A stretch of DNA of 64,000 nt from Phoronis australis (lineage: Eukaryota; Animalia; Phoronida). Location: positions 373,714 to 437,713 of the forward strand of contig NMRA01000303.1 of NCBI GenBank assembly GCA_002633005.1, written 5' to 3'. Below, one piece after another: positions 61,927 through 64,000 of this stretch (its first letter is position 1; each line of letters opens with the position of its first letter). The position numbers and the translations under genes were made by a program. The notes beneath the pieces were generated by a model. The model ran no database searches and was not told where the DNA came from. It saw only the letters and a program-made list of their open reading frames with translations.

Positions 61927-62430
61927 ATGGGATTTTCCAATCGCTACTGCAGTTACCAATAGTTCCAGGTTTCTGGCTTTTCTTTTACTCCTAATTCACT
62001 GATGATGACAAAGGTCACCAACATACAAGGACCCTTCGTGCCCGGATGGACAAGATGTTGTCTGGATCAGTACAACTTGATCGGCAAATTAAAATAATAA
62101 TGTCACTTTACTCTAGTACCAGGGTCTAGACACTTACGGCGGAAACTTTTGGGTTATCAGTGCAAACGGTCAATCACTTCAGCATCGAAATCGGGCAATC
62201 CTACTGCTATTTCCGTTATCCACTGCTTTCTCCAGTTGCAAAAAATACATATCTTGCAAGAAATTTTAAACAAAACTTTTCACTTCTCTTACAGAGCTAT
62301 TCATCAGGTGCCTGCAAAGACAGAGATGTTGTCTTATGCGTGGAAACCGGTACTAGGCAGTACCGATCCCCGGATGTACCACGTTCTACCAGTGGGATTA
62401 CTTGAACTCCATTCCGTGGCCATCCCCAGA
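61927..62430 (+). pseudogene. Pseudogene D: exon 5 and partial exon 6 of a gene C-like paralog
   Basis: Exon 5 61927-62092 has TGG>TAG at 61960 and a destroyed donor (GGTAA>AAATA); intron homologous to gene C intron 5; exon 6 from 62295 has CAG>TAG at 62354 and is truncated after NSIPWPSP. Confidence 0.9.
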
Positions 62431-62638
62431 ATTTTATCCTGCCAAAATATTAAAAATGCGTGCATAACATCACAATTAGCATTTGTTTAATCAACTTTCT
62501 AAACACAAATCATCTTTTGGCTTCTAAAAATGACTGTCGATCAAATCTGTGTCGGGATCAAGGGGAAGTTACTTTGATGCTTTCATTACTCGGATTTTCG
62601 CCAAAAAGTTAATCAACGCTTGTTGAATAACTAAATGT

Positions 62639-62853
62639 GTGTGTTGGTGGTTTCGACCACAGGTTGTGGTGCTTAGCGTCTAGTGTGGTAGTGTAGTTAG
62701 TAGTAGTATCTAGCTCTGCTTAGTGCTCTGCTTTCAGCTTCCGCCGCTGTTCAGTTCCGACTGACAGTACATAGCTTCTCCCACAACAAGACTCGTGCAG
62801 TGCCTCCACGCGGCAACACATGGACTGGGTTTACTCAGGCTAAACTGTGCGGG
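62639..62853 (+). ncRNA. HDV-like self-cleaving ribozyme (candidate) at the 5' end of a non-LTR retrotransposon
   Basis: P1 GTGTGTT(62639-45)/AACACAT(62815-21); P2 CTCGTGCAGT(62792-801)/ACTGTGCGGG(62844-53); P3 GCC/GGC; L3 TCCACGC; P1.1 CC/GG; P4 CTGGG-TTTA-CTCAG; J4/2 CTAA with C62840. Confidence 0.8.
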
Positions 62854-63491
62854 ATCGGGTTGGGGAAGGGGTTTTTCTGTCTTTAGCAGCCGCTGTTGTT
62901 TCGAACGATATGAGATGCCGAAAACCTTGTTGGAAGCATTCTCTGTTCTCGGGTGATTGATCAGTGGCTCTAGAGTGGGAGGCCTCTCTAACCCAATCAT
63001 CCCCCTTTGGGGCGCCTGGTCAGGAGTATCTTGACTTTGACCTCTTCGGGTCCGATTGATACCCCTTGTCTCCGGTCAGGTGACACGGGAACCCTTGAGA
63101 ACTAATACCCTGGTTCTTGAGTCTTAAGCCAGTTGCGGCTGGTGGTAAACAACACAGAACTTTGCGTATCAAGTAATCTTGGGCAAACCGCGGTGCACGG
63201 AGTAGCGCCTGTTGCACTAGGGGACAAGCCTCTGCACGGTTAGCCCTGGGAGGTTGCGAGGTTCTGGCACTTGGAGGTAGACATACTGAACCTGGGTAGT
63301 CCATTTGCAGCAGAAGCCCTTTCGCTGGGGGTCATATGCTCGCTTGGAGGAACCAGGGGAGGGAGCTGTTGAAACCAGTGTCAGATCCTATAGGTTTGCG
63401 GATGCAGGAAAGCCTTTGGCTGGGCCTTGTTGCCACCCTATGGATAGGGTGAATGCGGATGCAGACCTGAATCATAACCTATACTTGCTAT

Positions 63492-64000
63492 ATGGATCCA
63501 CAGCGAAAACCAGTAACCCACCCTGGTCAGGGTTCAAGTGACCAGCGCACAGGGCAGTCGAATGTGGTCTTTGCGGCCACGGACGTCCGCCTCAAAGACT
63601 CCTCCCTAGGAGTTTCTATAAGGCAAGTGGAAGCACCCCCTACTGTGGACGCTTGCTCTGGGAAATCACTGGACTCTTCTATGAGAGTGGAAAGTGAGAT
63701 TACCAAGCTTGTGAAAGCGGCTAGGGTGGCTGCTGACGCGAACCCCAAACCTGCCCCGGACACTCCTCACGGAGCGAATGGTGGCGGAAACACTTCAACT
63801 GGGCCTGATGGCAGCTCCCACCGTCTCTCTGCTGCTGCTAGGCGGAAGACAAAGCGGGCTCGCCAGGCGGCTCAGAAGAAGCTTGAAAACCTAGAAATCG
63901 ATGTTCAGCAGGGTGTTAAGCGCCCTAAGTCTGACAGCTCGACTCCTGGGACATCCTCAAAACCACCCACCAAAGTGGCTAAAGTGGATAAACTACCTTA
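63492..64000 (+). CDS. ORF1 (gag-like) N-terminus of the non-LTR element, open to the window end
   Basis: MDPQRKPVTHPGQG...RLSAAARRKTKRARQAAQKK...GVKRPKSDSSTPG...PPTKVAKVDKLP; no stop in 169 codons; basic RLS.A.RRK and KRP.SD.STP motifs resemble LOA-type ORF1s. Confidence 0.65.
   Translation, partial: MDPQRKPVTHPGQGSSDQRTGQSNVVFAATDVRLKDSSLGVSIRQVEAPPTVDACSGKSLDSSMRVESEITKLVKAARVAADANPKPAPDTPHGANGGGNTSTGPDGSSHRLSAAARRKTKRARQAAQKKLENLEIDVQQGVKRPKSDSSTPGTSSKPPTKVAKVDKLP

Larger units (their letters stand above)
62639..64000 (+). mobile_element. 5' portion of a LOA/R1-group-like non-LTR retrotransposon
   Basis: Abrupt rise in GC, 5' ribozyme fold, ~850-nt 5' UTR, then an ORF1-like open frame. 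Confidence 0.65.

Overview
AT-rich, intron-containing animal (invertebrate-type) genomic DNA with one assembly gap (10628-11010). The main content is a + strand tandem cluster of three apparently intact paralogous genes with six coding exons each (A 8041-16575, B 24425-31973, C 41035-53788), plus a decayed fourth copy holding only the last two exons (D 61927-62430). Each gene encodes a secreted protein of about 370-380 aa: signal peptide, short variable spacer, NIDO domain and a C-terminal Cys-rich module resembling a divergent chitin-binding type-2 (CBM14/peritrophin-A) domain. The rest is mostly transposon debris: RTE-X-like and L1/Tx1-like LINEs, a mariner, a Gmr1-type (SCAN-like gag, integrase before RT) Gypsy element, a pogo/Tigger carrying a nested THAP-bearing Kolobok-like element, hAT/BED remnants, several MITE families and tandem repeats. 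At the right edge a LOA/R1-group-like non-LTR element begins with a well-formed HDV-like self-cleaving ribozyme fold (62639-62853), followed by an ORF1 that stays open to the end of the window. All calls come from reading the sequence by eye; no database searches were run.
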